A stretch of DNA of 64,000 nt, from the NCBI RefSeq assembly GCF_036588685.1, contig NC_086374.1:71300001-71364000 (forward strand), read 5' to 3'. This DNA is from Mytilus trossulus. Its lineage: Eukaryota. The notes under the pieces were generated by a model. That model was not told where the DNA came from and ran no database searches. It saw only the letters and a program-made list of their open reading frames with translations. This document shows, in pieces, positions 1-13,208 of the stretch. Within the stretch, counting starts at the first letter, position 1. Each line of letters begins with the position of its first letter. Position numbers and translations under genes: made by a program.

Positions 1-1387
1 AAATTTTGACCTTCTAAAATCTTGAAATTTCGACTTTTTTTTAACTCGAAATTTCGACTTCTTTTAAAATCAAAATTTCGACTTTTTCTAAACTCGAAAT
101 TTCGACTTCTTTTAAACCCAAAATTTCGACTTTTTTAAAACTTAAAATTTCGACTTTTCCTCAGTATTTATACGTTTGCGATTACCACATTCAAAGTCAT
201 TTATATCAGCGAGGCGGAGAGCCATTTACATCATAAACTTCATAAGCATATTTTAATAAACTAAACCATTTTAAAGAGATTATTTTAGATAGAAAATCTT
301 GTTCTTGCCAAAGAATAAACAAAATATGTTTCAGGTTCAAATACATATTTCAAGTCTGGACTTCAGATATGTGTACCAAGACAACCCCGCTATTCCGACA
401 CACCTATATTACGACATTCTTTTACTCAACAGTCTAATATATAAAGACAAGGGTTAATAGTTGTGTTATAAGAATACAAACTTCCAAAACTAGAAAAAAA
501 ACCTGAGCAGCTCATTGTTCGTTCTGAATATGCATGGCATTTTTGGCTACTTGATTTACCATTGTTTAAACAAGGCAAAGTCAGTGACTTGCTATTGGTA
601 TACCAAACAGGCCTTTGAAACTGTGATGCTAAATGTTCTCAGACCTAATGATCCTATGACAGTGTCGTGGAAACTAAAACATGGAATATGGGGGGGGGGG
701 GGGGGGATTTCTTCAATATTAAATGCTAATCCATATCTTAATTTAAGTACAAAACCAGTTTCTGGATATAAATTGCCAAAATGTGTGGATGACGCTTAAA
801 TAATTTGCGTCCATGTCTACTCCTTCTAAAATTGTAATAACTGTGTTTGAATACTAAAATTTTTCGAGATTTCAACAGTGGAAATTTTGAAATCAAAGTC
901 GAAATTACGATTTAAGAAAAAAGTCGAAATTTTTAGTTTACAAAAAGTCGAAATTTTGAGTTTAAAATAAGTCGAAATTTCGAGTTTTAAATAAGTTGAA
1001 ATTTTGAGTTTAAAATAAGTTGAAATTTCGAGTTTTAAATAAGTCGAAATTTCGAGTTTAAAAATAGGTCGAAATTTCGAGTTTTAAATAAGTTGAAATT
1101 TTGAGTTTAGAATAAGTTGAAATTTCGAGTTTTTAAAAGGTCGAAATTTCAAGATTCTAGAAAGTCAAAATTTCAAGATTTTGGAAAGTCAAAATTTCAA
1201 GTTGTAGTCAAAATTTCGGGATTTGAAAAGTCAAAATTTCAAGTTGTTGTCAAAATTTCAGGATTTGAAAAGTCAAAATTTCAAGTTGTAGTCAAAATTT
1301 TAGTGATTTGAAATGTCAAAATTTCGACTTTGAAAAAAAAGTTCACTGCCAATTTTATTTTTTCTATGTCCCTAATACGCTTCCGTA
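1..1387. mobile_element. Foldback-type non-autonomous element built from ~21-22 bp subrepeats (left arm runs off the window)
   Basis: 1-160 is an array of AAATTTCGACTT-type units. About 880-1330 is the reverse-complement array (AAGTCGAAATTT). The probable right terminus is ...CCCTAATACGCTTCCGTA at 1387. Confidence 0.7.
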
Positions 1388-1514
1388 CGAAACACGTATT
1401 ATATTGTCTGTGTATATGTGTTCCTCCCCCCAAAAAATCCTGTGGAAAAATAATTCTATATATTTTAAGTGAAAGAAATTTCAATTTACAAATGTATATG
1501 TATCAATACAGCAC

Positions 1515-1720
1515 TTATGTATCACTACCATGGGCACCTGAAGGGAACCGAAATAGAGGAAGGACAAAAACGACATGGAGAAGAGCAACAGAGAGAGAAA
1601 GGAACCAACAAGGATAGACAAGTTGGAACGTGGCCAGAACAGCGACAAAAGATAGAAAAGGGTGGAAAAGCAGCGTGGAGGCCATTTGCGACTTCTGTTG
1701 CGGAGAGAATTAAGGTTAAG
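1515..1720 (+). pseudogene. 3' end remnant of an RTE-like non-LTR retrotransposon ORF
   Basis: Translates to WAPEGNRNRGRTKTTWRR...SWNVARTATKDRKGWK, matching the W.P.G.R.RGRP..TW...W.....A.DR..W C-terminal pattern of RTE-type LINEs. Contains an in-frame stop. Confidence 0.65.
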
Positions 1721-1793
1721 CAATACAAATTAAACAACAGAAATCAAAAATGGGAGTCCTGGCCCAATGCACCATGTCCTCAAAAAACTTTTA

Positions 1794-1948
1794 CAGGGGC
1801 GGATCCAGTGGGGCGGGGTGTTCCGGGGGTTGGGACCCCCCATTTTTTGGGACGATCGATGCATTTGAATCGGGACATGTAGTTGGACGCCCTCCCCCTT
1901 TTGTCCTGGGTTAGGACCCCCCTTTTAAAATGGCTGGATCTGCCCCTG
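1794..1948. mobile_element. 155-bp GC-rich MITE
   Basis: Terminal inverted repeats CAGGGGCGGATCCAG / CTGGATCTGCCCCTG (1 mismatch). No clean TSD. Confidence 0.8.
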
Positions 1949-3095
1949 TTTTATGTCAACAGTTATTTTAGTTAGATGGATTTATCATGCATTGCATATG
2001 GATCGATAGGTCAGATTTGAGGACGACTTCTGTTGTGAAACAGATCAATTGTAGCACATTTACTGCTGGTACAATATAATTGTTTATTGAAAAAAATACA
2101 CTATTAAAAATGTAAATTTTGAAACAATTTTAGTCAATTAACAACATCTCTTTATTGTCATTTACAAAGACTTTAATTAAAAGCCAAAAAATCATCTGCA
2201 TTTATATTAACACGGTTGGTGTCACTAGTGAAGCATAACGAGGTTTAAATCCTCGGACTTAACTTATGTGTAAATGTTTGATAATGTGGCATGAAATTAT
2301 GTGTCAATCAATCAATAATTAAAACACGTTTTATGGTATGAACATGTTCATGGTACGGGTAGATGTTCCCTGGTGATGAAAATATTTACGTGAAGACAAG
2401 GAAAAAGATTAGATAAAAACGCCGAATAAGTGAGTACATCTTTATTTAATAACAATCCTTAGTAACTATACCTTTTAGATATTTTGAAGAATCCGAAGCG
2501 TAAGGAAGTATTGACCTCGAAGTCTGTGTTTATACTTAAAATACAAACGCCCTTACTTGTGCCGGCCCACTGCAATACAAAGCTCGACTAGTCCGGTCTT
2601 TTTTTCAACCCTTCAATTTTTTAACATTCACAATATTCACACAATTTTATTTGATACGCTCTAATTAGTAAAGCAGTTTAAACACACATGATTTTATATC
2701 GTACGTATAATATTTAGTTTCATTCTTTTGTCCATGTTAATCAAAAAAACAAAACAATTATTTCTTTTTACTTGAAGGGAACATTTTTAGAGGCAGATTT
2801 ATAGACGTTTGGGGTTGGACAGAGAGGCAGAAAGCCCCGTAAAACGCAGACTTATTTCGTGTCCCTCTTCAAACTTTACTGGTTTGACCGCCCCCTCCCT
2901 TTTTCAAAATCCTGGATCAATATCCTGATCTTATACATGTTTTCCATATTTTATTTACCACAGAACTGGTACGAGAAAATGCACATCAAAATCCAGGAAC
3001 TTATTTATTTTCGTAAACACTTCATAAAATGCCTTTGAATGTTATTTTTAAATGTTCATCCATGCCTTCAAGATTACTCCTGTAGTACAACTATA

Positions 3096-3941
3096 CTAGT
3101 CAACAAAAGAAACGACACACGAAAAAAATATTCAATATAAAACAAAATGAAATACAGTTTTTTAAAAGCTTTCGTTTACCTGTATGCACATTATGATAAA
3201 TGAAAATCAAAACCTGTCGAAAAGTAACTAAATTCTGTGAAAACGATCATAGGGTGCAAATTACTTTTGCGGAAAGTTGGATAGAAAATCGACACACGAT
3301 TTTCTAAGTCACGTGACTAAATGAGTTTTCAAATTTGCTTAATATTATCCAATATGCTAATCAAGTTAAGGTTATGTTGTAACTAATGGCTTGAAATATT
3401 GTTTTTTTATTTTTTTTGGTAAAAAAAAGTGTTTTTTTGAAATTCCAAATAATGCAAAAAAAATTGTTTTCTACGTCTTAAATCAATGCTTTGGATATGG
3501 AAACAACACTCTGTAAATTTGGAACCTTTCGGATAAGTTTTAAGATGGTTACCGGTTTTCTAAATTCCCTTTACATATACTGTCTATGGCAAATCAACAT
3601 TTTAACGATTTTTTGTGGGGCCGAACTTTGCTTTAGAAATAAACGAAGAAACTGTGTTATTTTTAAAAAAGAATTGATGGCAAACATGATGGTCTTTACC
3701 TTTAAATGAGAGGTTGGCATCATTAGTTGGAACTTCTGTTTTTAAAATTGTCGTTTTGTGTAAATTTTGTCAAACAAGTTAAATTTCGGCAAATGACGTC
3801 ATGAAAGCAAAAAAAAATATTTTTAAACATTTATTTTTCCATGGTCATTAAGTATTACTACCTTCAATATTAGTCCTATAAACGGAAAACTTTATCTTTA
3901 ATTTGAAAAAAAAGTCGTGTATCGTTTCTTTTGTTGACTAG
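3096..3941. mobile_element. Tc1/mariner-type non-autonomous DNA transposon
   Basis: TIRs CTAGTCAACAAAAGAAACGA(C/T)ACACGA at both ends. TA on the left flank; right flank degenerate (TC). Confidence 0.75.
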
Positions 3942-5199
3942 TCAGTTCACAACGAGTACATCTATTTCAATTTAATTTCTGTGTGTTTCATTAAAAAACA
4001 ATTCGAATATTGGACACCGTATGCAGAGACTAAGTTGGCAAGTATTTACACTTAGTCCCAAATACACATTTTTTTCTTATTTCATAAAACATGCACTTCA
4101 ATATTTTTGTTTGATTATTTCCTAAAATCATAATGTTTTATATTACTATTCTCCTTAGGGTGTCCCTGTGCCAGGAAACCAAGGGAGATGAGAGTTGTAC
4201 AGTTAAGGTGAGTAATTGATCCAGGATGGGGCGTAAAGGGTGTACGCCACTCCATATTTGATCGCACCAAAAATGATGGTATGTTTTTACACGTTTCATT
4301 TTTATCATAAAATCGTCCAAAATCTTTTCGGTATATAATCCGTTTTATTGAACTGCGCCTCTTTCTAAGATCCTGGATTTGCTACTGCTGAAATACATGT
4401 ATCTATTCCAAATAATCAGAATTGTTTACATCAAACATTTTAGATATGAATTGGTTTTGGATTTACTCATTGTAGAAGGCAGTTCTTTACTTCTTTTTCC
4501 TTTGATCTCAAATTTCTTATTTCTGAATCCTTAATATTATTTCAATTGTATAATATAATTGTTTAATGTTGATTTATCTGAATAAATATTGTTTAAACTA
4601 TTGGAGAATTTGGAGCTTTTGACCGAATATAAAAACATATAAATAACATAAAAACAGTGCATTTTGATATATAAAACAACCAGTAATACAAAGTTGAAAT
4701 CTCACATACATAGCATGCAAATAAAAATAAGCAACAAATTTCGAATGAAGTAACAACATGCTGTTAAAGAGAGGCGAAAGATACAAGAGTGACCTTCGTC
4801 AAGGTATTTGACTTTGATAAAGATGAGAAGGAGTTGTGGAATGATTGCCAATAAGACAACTATTCAACCAGTCGAGAGATATCAATGACGTTGATTTGAG
4901 TATAATCACTATGTATATATCACTGTACGGACTTCAACAATGAATAAAATCCATACCGTGTAGAAAGCTATTAGATTCCCCGACATGAGGATATGTAAAC
5001 ACAATTCAAACGACAAAACAAACATGACCAGACTTTAACCTAGCTGCGGAACCGTAGTTCTTCGGTCGTTTTGATATTTTTGACTTTTTGCAAAACAAAA
5101 AGCTACGGTTTTTTCTCTTATATTTTATTCATATTTAATTTTTATCTAAATGTTTTTCCTCTATATTATAAGTGCTCGTAAATAATTAAATACATATTA

Positions 5200-6159
5200 A
5201 TGTTTATCTTAATATTTTACAACAGGAAATTCAAAGGTTTCCGAAGAGTGTTTGTTATTGTCATTATATGTTTGGTTGCCTTGGCTACCATGCGTAAATT
5301 TTCTACAAGAAATATAACAGTTCAGAAAAATCCGGTACCATATGGCAGGAACGAAAGGAAAATCACAGTAGGGTTCCATGGGAGAGCAGGTAATCAGATG
5401 TTCCAATACGCTTCACTTATAGGGATTGCTAAAATGAATAACATGACCCCGGTCTTACTGGAGATAACAGAACTATGGAATATGTTTGACTTGCCTATAA
5501 GTACTGCATATATGGATAAATCAGGGAAATATACAGAGGTAAAGGAGGAACATACGGCCGTGTATGCTCCAAAATTCGAAAATATTAAAAGTACCACTGA
5601 TGTATATCTTAATAGGTATTTACAATCTTGGAAGTATTTTGAAAATGTCAAGATGGACTTGAAACAGCGACATTACAAAATAAAAAATGCACTTTTAGAA
5701 GAGGCATCGCCTTACGTTCAAGACATAAAGAGAAAAGTTTCTAAAGAGGCAGTTTTCGTTGGTGTCCATGTAAGACGTGGAGATATAGTGCACGAAAGAA
5801 AACCAGTAGGTCATATTCCTGCGCCAATACCCTATTTTTATAGGGCGATGAATTATTTCCGGAAACGATATTCTAACGTTGTTTTTGTCATGATTTCTAA
5901 TAGTATGATGTGGTGTCAAGATCATTTAGACGATTCTTCAAATGTATACCATGTTGAGACTGGCGACCCTTACATAGATTTTGCTATTTTACATAAAATG
6001 GACCACCTTATACTTTCGGTGGGAACATTTGGCTGGTGGGCAGGATATTTGTCCCCTGGTACCGTCATTTTCTATAAAGGGTACCCTAAAGCAAATACCA
6101 CAATGAGCATCGAGATGAAACAAACAGACTTTATCCCACGTCACTGGGTCGGGCTTTGA
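5200..6159 (+). CDS. Galactoside alpha-1,2-fucosyltransferase (GT11, FUT1/FUT2-like), type II membrane protein
   Basis: GT11 motifs GRAGNQMFQYA, VGVHVRRGD and HLILSVGTFGWWAGYL, plus N-terminal TM anchor VFVIVIICLVALA. A likely splice acceptor (ttttacaacag, AG at 5224-5225) means the true start codon may lie in an upstream exon. Confidence 0.92.
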   Translation: MFILIFYNRKFKGFRRVFVIVIICLVALATMRKFSTRNITVQKNPVPYGRNERKITVGFHGRAGNQMFQYASLIGIAKMNNMTPVLLEITELWNMFDLPISTAYMDKSGKYTEVKEEHTAVYAPKFENIKSTTDVYLNRYLQSWKYFENVKMDLKQRHYKIKNALLEEASPYVQDIKRKVSKEAVFVGVHVRRGDIVHERKPVGHIPAPIPYFYRAMNYFRKRYSNVVFVMISNSMMWCQDHLDDSSNVYHVETGDPYIDFAILHKMDHLILSVGTFGWWAGYLSPGTVIFYKGYPKANTTMSIEMKQTDFIPRHWVGL

Positions 6160-7280
6160 TAATTTCCAGATATATAGGACAAAGCAAACATATCTTCAAA
6201 ACCACGAAAAGATACACATTCCAAATAACTACTAGTGTGGTTATAATAACTCGGACAACATGACTTGTTCCGTATGTTTGTGCTCAATGTTTTAAGTCGC
6301 GCGATGGAAAGACGATTGTAATAAACGATGTAAAGTGGCAAACATCGAATAGGTTTGCGAGACATCAGACTTGACCAAGGGATGGACGGCTTTGCAAACT
6401 GTGGGTTGAACATTATAATGCATCAAACAATTGGAAGGACATGGTGAGAGACTACAAGAGCAATTCCGTTCAATATTGACCGTCATTCAAAAAAAAATGT
6501 TGTGTTTTGCATTCATAAAAGCGTCTCAATATTTTCCATATACTATAAGTGATAAGGCAGTAATCACGTTAATTTCTTTCATAATATCAGAGGTTATGGA
6601 CAATGTGCACATGCAGAAGAATACTTGATGATTGGTTTCAATATATAATCTGTTATATTTTAAGAATATCCAGAATGATTTAATTGTTCGTTACAGCAAG
6701 TGTGACGAAACACTGAAGTATTTATACTTGGTCAATCCTTGTTCAGACATCAGTGCAACATCCTATGATTTGTAAATACTTGTCTATAAAGATGGATGCG
6801 TAACTTGATAATCATATAGGAAGATGTGGTATGAGTGCCAATGAGATTAGGCCTGTTTCTCAGATACCACAAGCAGTAGATGAACTATATTTTGTGTTTG
6901 GAATGATTGTAAGGGGTACATGTAGGTCTGCCAGGTTTTCTTCTGACCTTAATCTCATATTCATGGTTCATTGGTCAATGTTACGTTTTTGTGGTTTTGT
7001 CATTTAGGTATTTAAAGCAATTGGTCAATTATATCTGGTGTATGGAAGGATTGTACAATGTACATGTCGGTCTAGCCAATATTAGATGACATTGACCTCA
7101 TTTTCATGGTTAAATAGTCAATGTTGAGATTTCGTTTTTTGTCAAATTTTCAAATCATAATAATAGGTCAGCTATATTTAATTATGGTATAATAATACGT
7201 ATAATAATATGTCTGTCTGACAGGTATCATCCAACCGTGAACTCCTTGTCAATTGCCATAAGCAATAAGTCAACTACATA

Positions 7281-7900
7281 TAAAAAAGAAGATGAGGTAT
7301 GATAGCCAATGAGAAACACTCCACAAGTCTAGAGACCAAATGACACAAAAATTAACAACTAAAGGTCATTGTACGACCTTCAACAATGCCCATATCGCAT
7401 AGTCCGGTAATAAAGGCCCCGAAATGACAAATATAAAACAATCCAAACTATAAAAACTAACGGCATAATTTATGTACAGAAAATGAACGAAAAACAAATA
7501 TGTAACACATCAACAAACGACAACCACTGAATTACAGGCTGCTGACTTTGACAGGCACATACATACAGAATGTGGCGGGGTTAAACATTTTAGTGGGGTT
7601 CCTAAACCTTCCCTAATCTGGGACAGTCGTGTAAGGTAAAACATCAGAACGAACTATGAAAATCAGTTGAAATAGGCTTAACGCATTAGATGGATACAAA
7701 TAGAAATACATCTAATAAAAACAGAGAGTGGACGTGACCGGGTCTTCTATATGCCAACAACAAAAAGACACTAAGTACTGATCTGAGAGTACTCGCAGTT
7801 ACTGTCAGCTAGTTCAAAGCCACATAATGACTCATAAAAAATAAGACTGAATTATCAATCGGTACACAATTAAAATCCAATGGCTTTAATAAATGTGAAG
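7281..7900 (-). repeat. Dispersed repeat resembling the 3' non-coding end of a Penelope-like family
   Basis: Its AAGATGTGGTATGATTGCCAATGAGACAAC-type end recurs at ~4830, ~6820 and ~58760-58797. It shares the GACAGGCAC...GCGGGGTTAAACAT block with the reverse complement of the Naiad 3' UTR. Confidence 0.5.
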
Positions 7901-8399
7901 GCGTAATACTCAGTCAGAGGAAATATACGTACATGCATATTTGGTGTATAGATTAATTGTAGGTGGAATATGTCTATTTGAGAGGATTTATTTGAGCTTG
8001 ACCTCATTGTCATGACTCTTAAAACATTTTAGTGTATGTGATACCTGTTGTAAGACATTCAACATACAATCAATGCCAGTTAAAGCAGGTGAGATATTTC
8101 TAGCGTGTGCACTATTGGTTTCAAACAAAGCGAAGTTTTCAAAACCTTTACCATCAAACTAAACAAATTTTAACATCAAAAGGGTGCACACAAGAATTTA
8201 AATACAAGTATTACGCAAACTCCAAAACATTATCAACGATCGAAAACTAAATGTATAATACTTGCAACAAATAAAAAAGAACATACATTTGGACATATCA
8301 TGCACTTTAGGTGCAGCTTTTTATATGCATTCTTTTGTATATCATTCTATTCTACTTTTGTAATAATAGTGCAGTACAAGTGTAAGGTGGACACTCTCC

Positions 8400-9135
8400 T
8401 GTAAAAAATCAATTATTCTAAAAGATTGGATGTGAGTAGGCATTCAAATTTTCCCGCAAAAACAATCTTCCATACAGAGTTACCGGTCCCAGACGGTAGT
8501 GTCGCAAAACGTTCCTTGAGATGTTCTTAAAGATTTAAGCTATATTTTTTCTTTGGTCTTGGACAATGTTTAACTGTCTGCATATTCTTCGGATTTATCG
8601 AAATACTATCTTAGTTTATAAAAGCTCGACTTTCTTTTTGAATTAGGAAGCATTTTAAGTTTAAGTTTGTAGAACTTTTAAATCTTTAAAGATTTTTTTA
8701 AGCTTTATCCAAAGATCATCATAAATATCTCATAGAACGATGACATCATCCAGATATGCAAAACATTTTTCCATGGAAGTTCTTTCAAAATTAGCTAAAT
8801 GACTCTGCTGAAAGTTGCTGGTGAGTTGTAAAGTCGAAAAGGTAGTTGGACATGTTTGAAAAGTCCATATATTATTACGAAAACTGTCTTATGAGGATTT
8901 TTCTCATCGAATTTAATTTTCCACTCTCCTGCAGCCATATCTTATGCACTCATATATACACTTCCTCTCAATGTATTCATGTAGGACTCATTTTTTGGCA
9001 AAGGGAAGACATCCTTAGTCGTAACTATATGAACGGACAAAAATCCATACAGTATCGCAAACTGCCACCTTTCTTTAAAACTAACACAGGACACCTATCG
9101 GATATAGAAGGTTTATACTTCCTATCAATCATTTG
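8400..9135 (-). pseudogene. Decayed Ty3/Gypsy LTR-retrotransposon reverse transcriptase
   Basis: Minus-strand fragments read KKGGSLRYC, DVFPLPK, LPFRLYNSPATFSRV and CFAYLDDVIV (YLDD at 8745-8756), with frameshifts and stops. A possible LTR end/PBS (TGACA-TAG-TGGCGGCG, minus) lies near 9365-9381. Confidence 0.85.
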
Positions 9136-10006
9136 ATTTGCAATTGATTAGTTTTTTTTCTTCATTTTCAAATTTAACGGAGTTCTACGCATTCGGTGTA
9201 TGATTGCTGCTGCTTCTCCTATATTTATTTGATGTTTTCTTTTTCTTTAAAACAATCCTAGATTCATGAATATTTAACTCATGAAAAGTGTAATTTCCTT
9301 TTTCAAAGGTACTATATGTATTTGATATTCATTGTTATGACTAATTTCCGTTTTTTTTTAAATTCGCCGCCACTATGTCAGTAAACACCGAGTGTCTCGA
9401 TTGTCTTGTTTTGACGTAGATTCGAACCGACTTCTGACACTAATGTTGTACAGTTTTTGAAACGTAAAAGTAAAATCTTCCTCAGTCGGGAATCGTACGT
9501 ACAGCGTTCGAGAATTGTTCGTATAAAGTTCGGCCATCGATCTTACATCGTTGGTAAAGCGTTCGCACAATGTTCGGACAGCGTTCGTACATCATCTTTT
9601 CGTCATCGTTTAGGAATTGGTTGTCGTATGGTAAATTGTATCGTTAAGCGTTTGTTTAGTGTACGGTATGTGAATAATATGTTGAGTTAAGAACTTTAAT
9701 AGATAAAAGATAATTGAATATGAAATAAAGAGGAATAAAATAAAACCACATATTAGATTGGAATGATTTATAATTCTTAACGTATAGAGGCAAATAATTC
9801 AAACATGTTGAAAACAAGAACAAATTTATACTTAAAAGAGGACATCCTGGATGAAGATCAAGAAATTAAGATTGACTGTGACCGGAAATTTAGGATATGT
9901 TGGGGAGAGACAGAAATTTTGCCTAGCCTTGCAACAGACCCCTACCGCGCAAACTAAAGAGTTTTTAAACTGGTTCTTAACGTTGGTTAATGAAATGACG
10001 ATAGAA

Positions 10007-10448
10007 AGAAAGCTATTAAACCAAGAGTTCCAAATGGTGAAGTTGAAATCATCCCTTCGTAAATTTTACGGACGCCATCACGAGTTGGTTAACCGTTATG
10101 GAATAACCGTTCCAAAAATGATATCGGATATGTTCCTTACGTCGTAACTACAATCCCCTTCCCTTTCATGAATTTGACCTACCGAATTAGACTATTTGCC
10201 GGATTTGTTATCACATAAGCCACACGACAGTTGCCAAATGTTGAGCAGGATCTGCTTACCCTTCCGGATCACCTGAGATCACCCCTAGTTTTTGGTGAGG
10301 TTCGTGTTGTTTATTCTTTAGTTTTCTATGTTGTGTCATGTGTAATATTGTTTGTCTTTTCTTCTTTTTTATTTTTAGCCATGGCGTTGTCAGTTTGTTT
10401 TAGAATTATGAGTTTTACTGTCCCTTTGGTATCTTTCGTCCCTCTTTT
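10007..10448 (+). mobile_element. 5'-truncated Penelope-like element (RT C-terminus plus 3' UTR)
   Basis: RKLLNQEFQMVKLKSSLRKFYGRHHELV is homologous to the Naiad RT C-terminus (EKLLHQGFRYHKLVKTFTKFYHRY). Same family as 12170-13208. Ends TTTCGTCCCTCTTTT. Confidence 0.85.
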
Positions 10449-12169
10449 ACAATAAAAACAGTAGGTAAGTCACATAAAAGAGGACATCCGGGATGAAGAT
10501 CAAGAAAATTAGATTGCTGTGACCGGAAATTTAGGATATGTTGGGGAAAGACAGAAATTTTGCCTAGCCTTGCAACAGACCCATGCCGCGCGAATTTAAG
10601 AGTTTTTAAACTGGTTCTTAACGTTGGTTAATGAAATAACGATAGAATGCAAATATCATCTATTAATTCCCTCTATTCGCATTCAAGACTAGATCTTTTT
10701 CCGTCATACAACTTCTGTTTCAGATATGAACGTTCACAGAGGTCTCTCTTGGATCATTTAATACTGCAAAAGGAAGCCGCATCTGGTAGTGGAATGGAGG
10801 TTGTCTGATCTGTAATTTCTAATTTTTAATCAGTGAATTTTTGTTATCTGTTTTCATTTTCATAAATCAAATTTTATCTTTATTATTTTTCATTTATATA
10901 ATCGGCATGTGATACTGATATCAGAAAGTGAAATATTTACAGGGGATATATCAGCATAAATATCATATGATGTCAAATGTGTCATGTATGCAATCTACCT
11001 TGAAGTGCAACTCCGGAATGTCACTCCTTGATTCCATGGCATCAAGCATTTCTCCAACTAACTGTAAGCATTCGTAAACATGATATAAATGCTTAGTTAT
11101 TGTTAATCTTATCTGTTGTATGTTCTTTGTGTTATCGTTTAATGTATACCCCACTTATGCTTTCAAAGCTTTACCTCACTGGATAACTGGTAAGAATACT
11201 GTCCATATGTAAGATAATAGCATGCACCCATCAATTATTCAACCAGTTTCTAAATGATTTTTGGTCCAAGAATCAAAATATGAAAAGAATCAGTGGCCCA
11301 GATTGAACATTTCATTGATTACCACTGACACGGTTCAAAATCTAAAACCAGCTTGTGGGTCAGTGCATGTCGTTGTTTCGTGTCTGTCATATTTGTTCGT
11401 CGTGAATACACGTATTTACACTTTTGGTATTTAGCTGTATTTCGCCTCCGAATGACCAAATATCACCTCCGAATAACCTTTGACGTCAAGCAACAATCAC
11501 TTTTTAGTTGTGACGTCATATGTTTTGAATTATGAAGTCAAAGTTTACGGGAACCTGTTTGATGGTATGTAATGGCGGACAAATTTGCAAACAAGTGTCA
11601 ATACGTCTATTGTTTTATTATAACTTCGCGCGCTAGTTTTGTTAATTGAATTGATTCTCTTTTTTCTTCGAGGTCTTTTATAACCATTATGGACTTTCCG
11701 TATTGATTTTCCTCTGAGTTCAGTATTTTTGTGATTTTACTTTTTTCTAACCGAACATACGGTACGGGGTTTTCATACTGTCAATGTCATACGGTTGCCT
11801 ACAATTGCTACTATATTTGGCCTTTTTTATTACTTTTTTGGATTCGAGCGTCACTGATGAGTCTTTTGTATACATAAAATTTAGTCCTGGTATCTATGAT
11901 GAGTTTATTTACATCCACTCCATTTGAACTTTCAAATTGGTACTTTTTCATTCCAACCAGAATTTTTTATATGACAGTTGTAATCGATATTCAATGACAA
12001 CGTTTTTTTTATGTTTAAATAACGTCATAGCACCAAAATTGCACAAAGTACATACATTACACTTATTTAGCAAAACAAAACATTTGAAGAGACTATACCA
12101 TGACAGAAGTCTCATTATTGGCAGCATCATTTGCTGTCAACTGTATACGACTTTATTGCAGCGTTTGTA

Positions 12170-13208
12170 AAAGAGGGACGAAAGAAACCAGACGGACAGT
12201 CAAACTCAGAAATCCAAAACAAACTGACAACGCTATGGCTAAAAATGAAAATACAAACAGACAAATAATAATTTTATAGTACACAAGACACAACATTGAA
12301 ATACAAACAGACAAATACTAGTAATAACACACGACACAACATTGAAAATACAAACAGACAAATACTAGTAATAGTACACACGACACAACATTGAAACATA
12401 GAGAAGAAGCAACACGAACCCCACAAAAAACTAGGGGTGATCTCAGGTGCTCCGGAGGGGTAAACAGCTCCACATGTGGCACCCGTCGTTTTGCTTATGA
12501 AATAACGAATCCGCTAAATAGTATAATTCGTCACATTAATGAAAGGGAATGCGATTGTAGTTACGACGTAAGGAATATATCCGATATCATTTGTGAACGG
12601 TTATTCCATAACGGTCAACCAACTCGTGACGGCGTCCTTGAAATTTACGAAGGGATGATTTCAACTTCAACATTTGGAACTCTTGGTTTAATAGCTTCCT
12701 TGTGAGCAGCAACCCTCTATCAAGAAAATAATCATGATAGGAAATGCAAGCACGGGAATATCGTATCAATAGAGAGAGATATCCCCGTATGCAGGTGGTG
12801 CTTGAATGTTTCTACTTAGAAATGGAAAGTTCACAATAGGAAAGCCGAAATCGTATCTTTTGTCATAAAGTCTGGTTTTCAACCGACCCTCATTGTTAAT
12901 TTCTAGGTGTAAGTCAAGATATGAGGACGACTTAGCTGTATATGTAATATCCTTTATCTCTAGTTCGATGGGATAGAGGCGTTCCACAGTCACAAAATTT
13001 TGAATTATTTAGTGGAAGAACATCATCTATATAGCGGACATTTGAGTTAAAGGATATCGCTAACTTCTTATCTTTCTTCCTTAGAAGTTCCTGTATGAGG
13101 TCAGCCTCGTGGTAATAAGAAAGAAACCAGTCGGCAAAAAGAGGGGCACAATTTGTTCCCATTGGAATGCCGAAAGTCTGTTAAAAAAACACATCCTCTG
13201 AATGTAAT
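12170..13208 (-). mobile_element. Decayed Penelope-like element (RT half plus 3' UTR); the RT resumes at 18815-18838 beyond the nested LTR
   Basis: GIPMGTNCAPLFAD, RYIDD, YLDLHL, LYDKRYDFGFPIVNFPFL. Removing 13209-18819 restores IDNIFITFRG. Confidence 0.9.

Noticed and set aside
10140-10448. SECIS in the second, older PLE family
   Set aside because: An ATGA is present, but I could not form helix II with a matching GA quartet.
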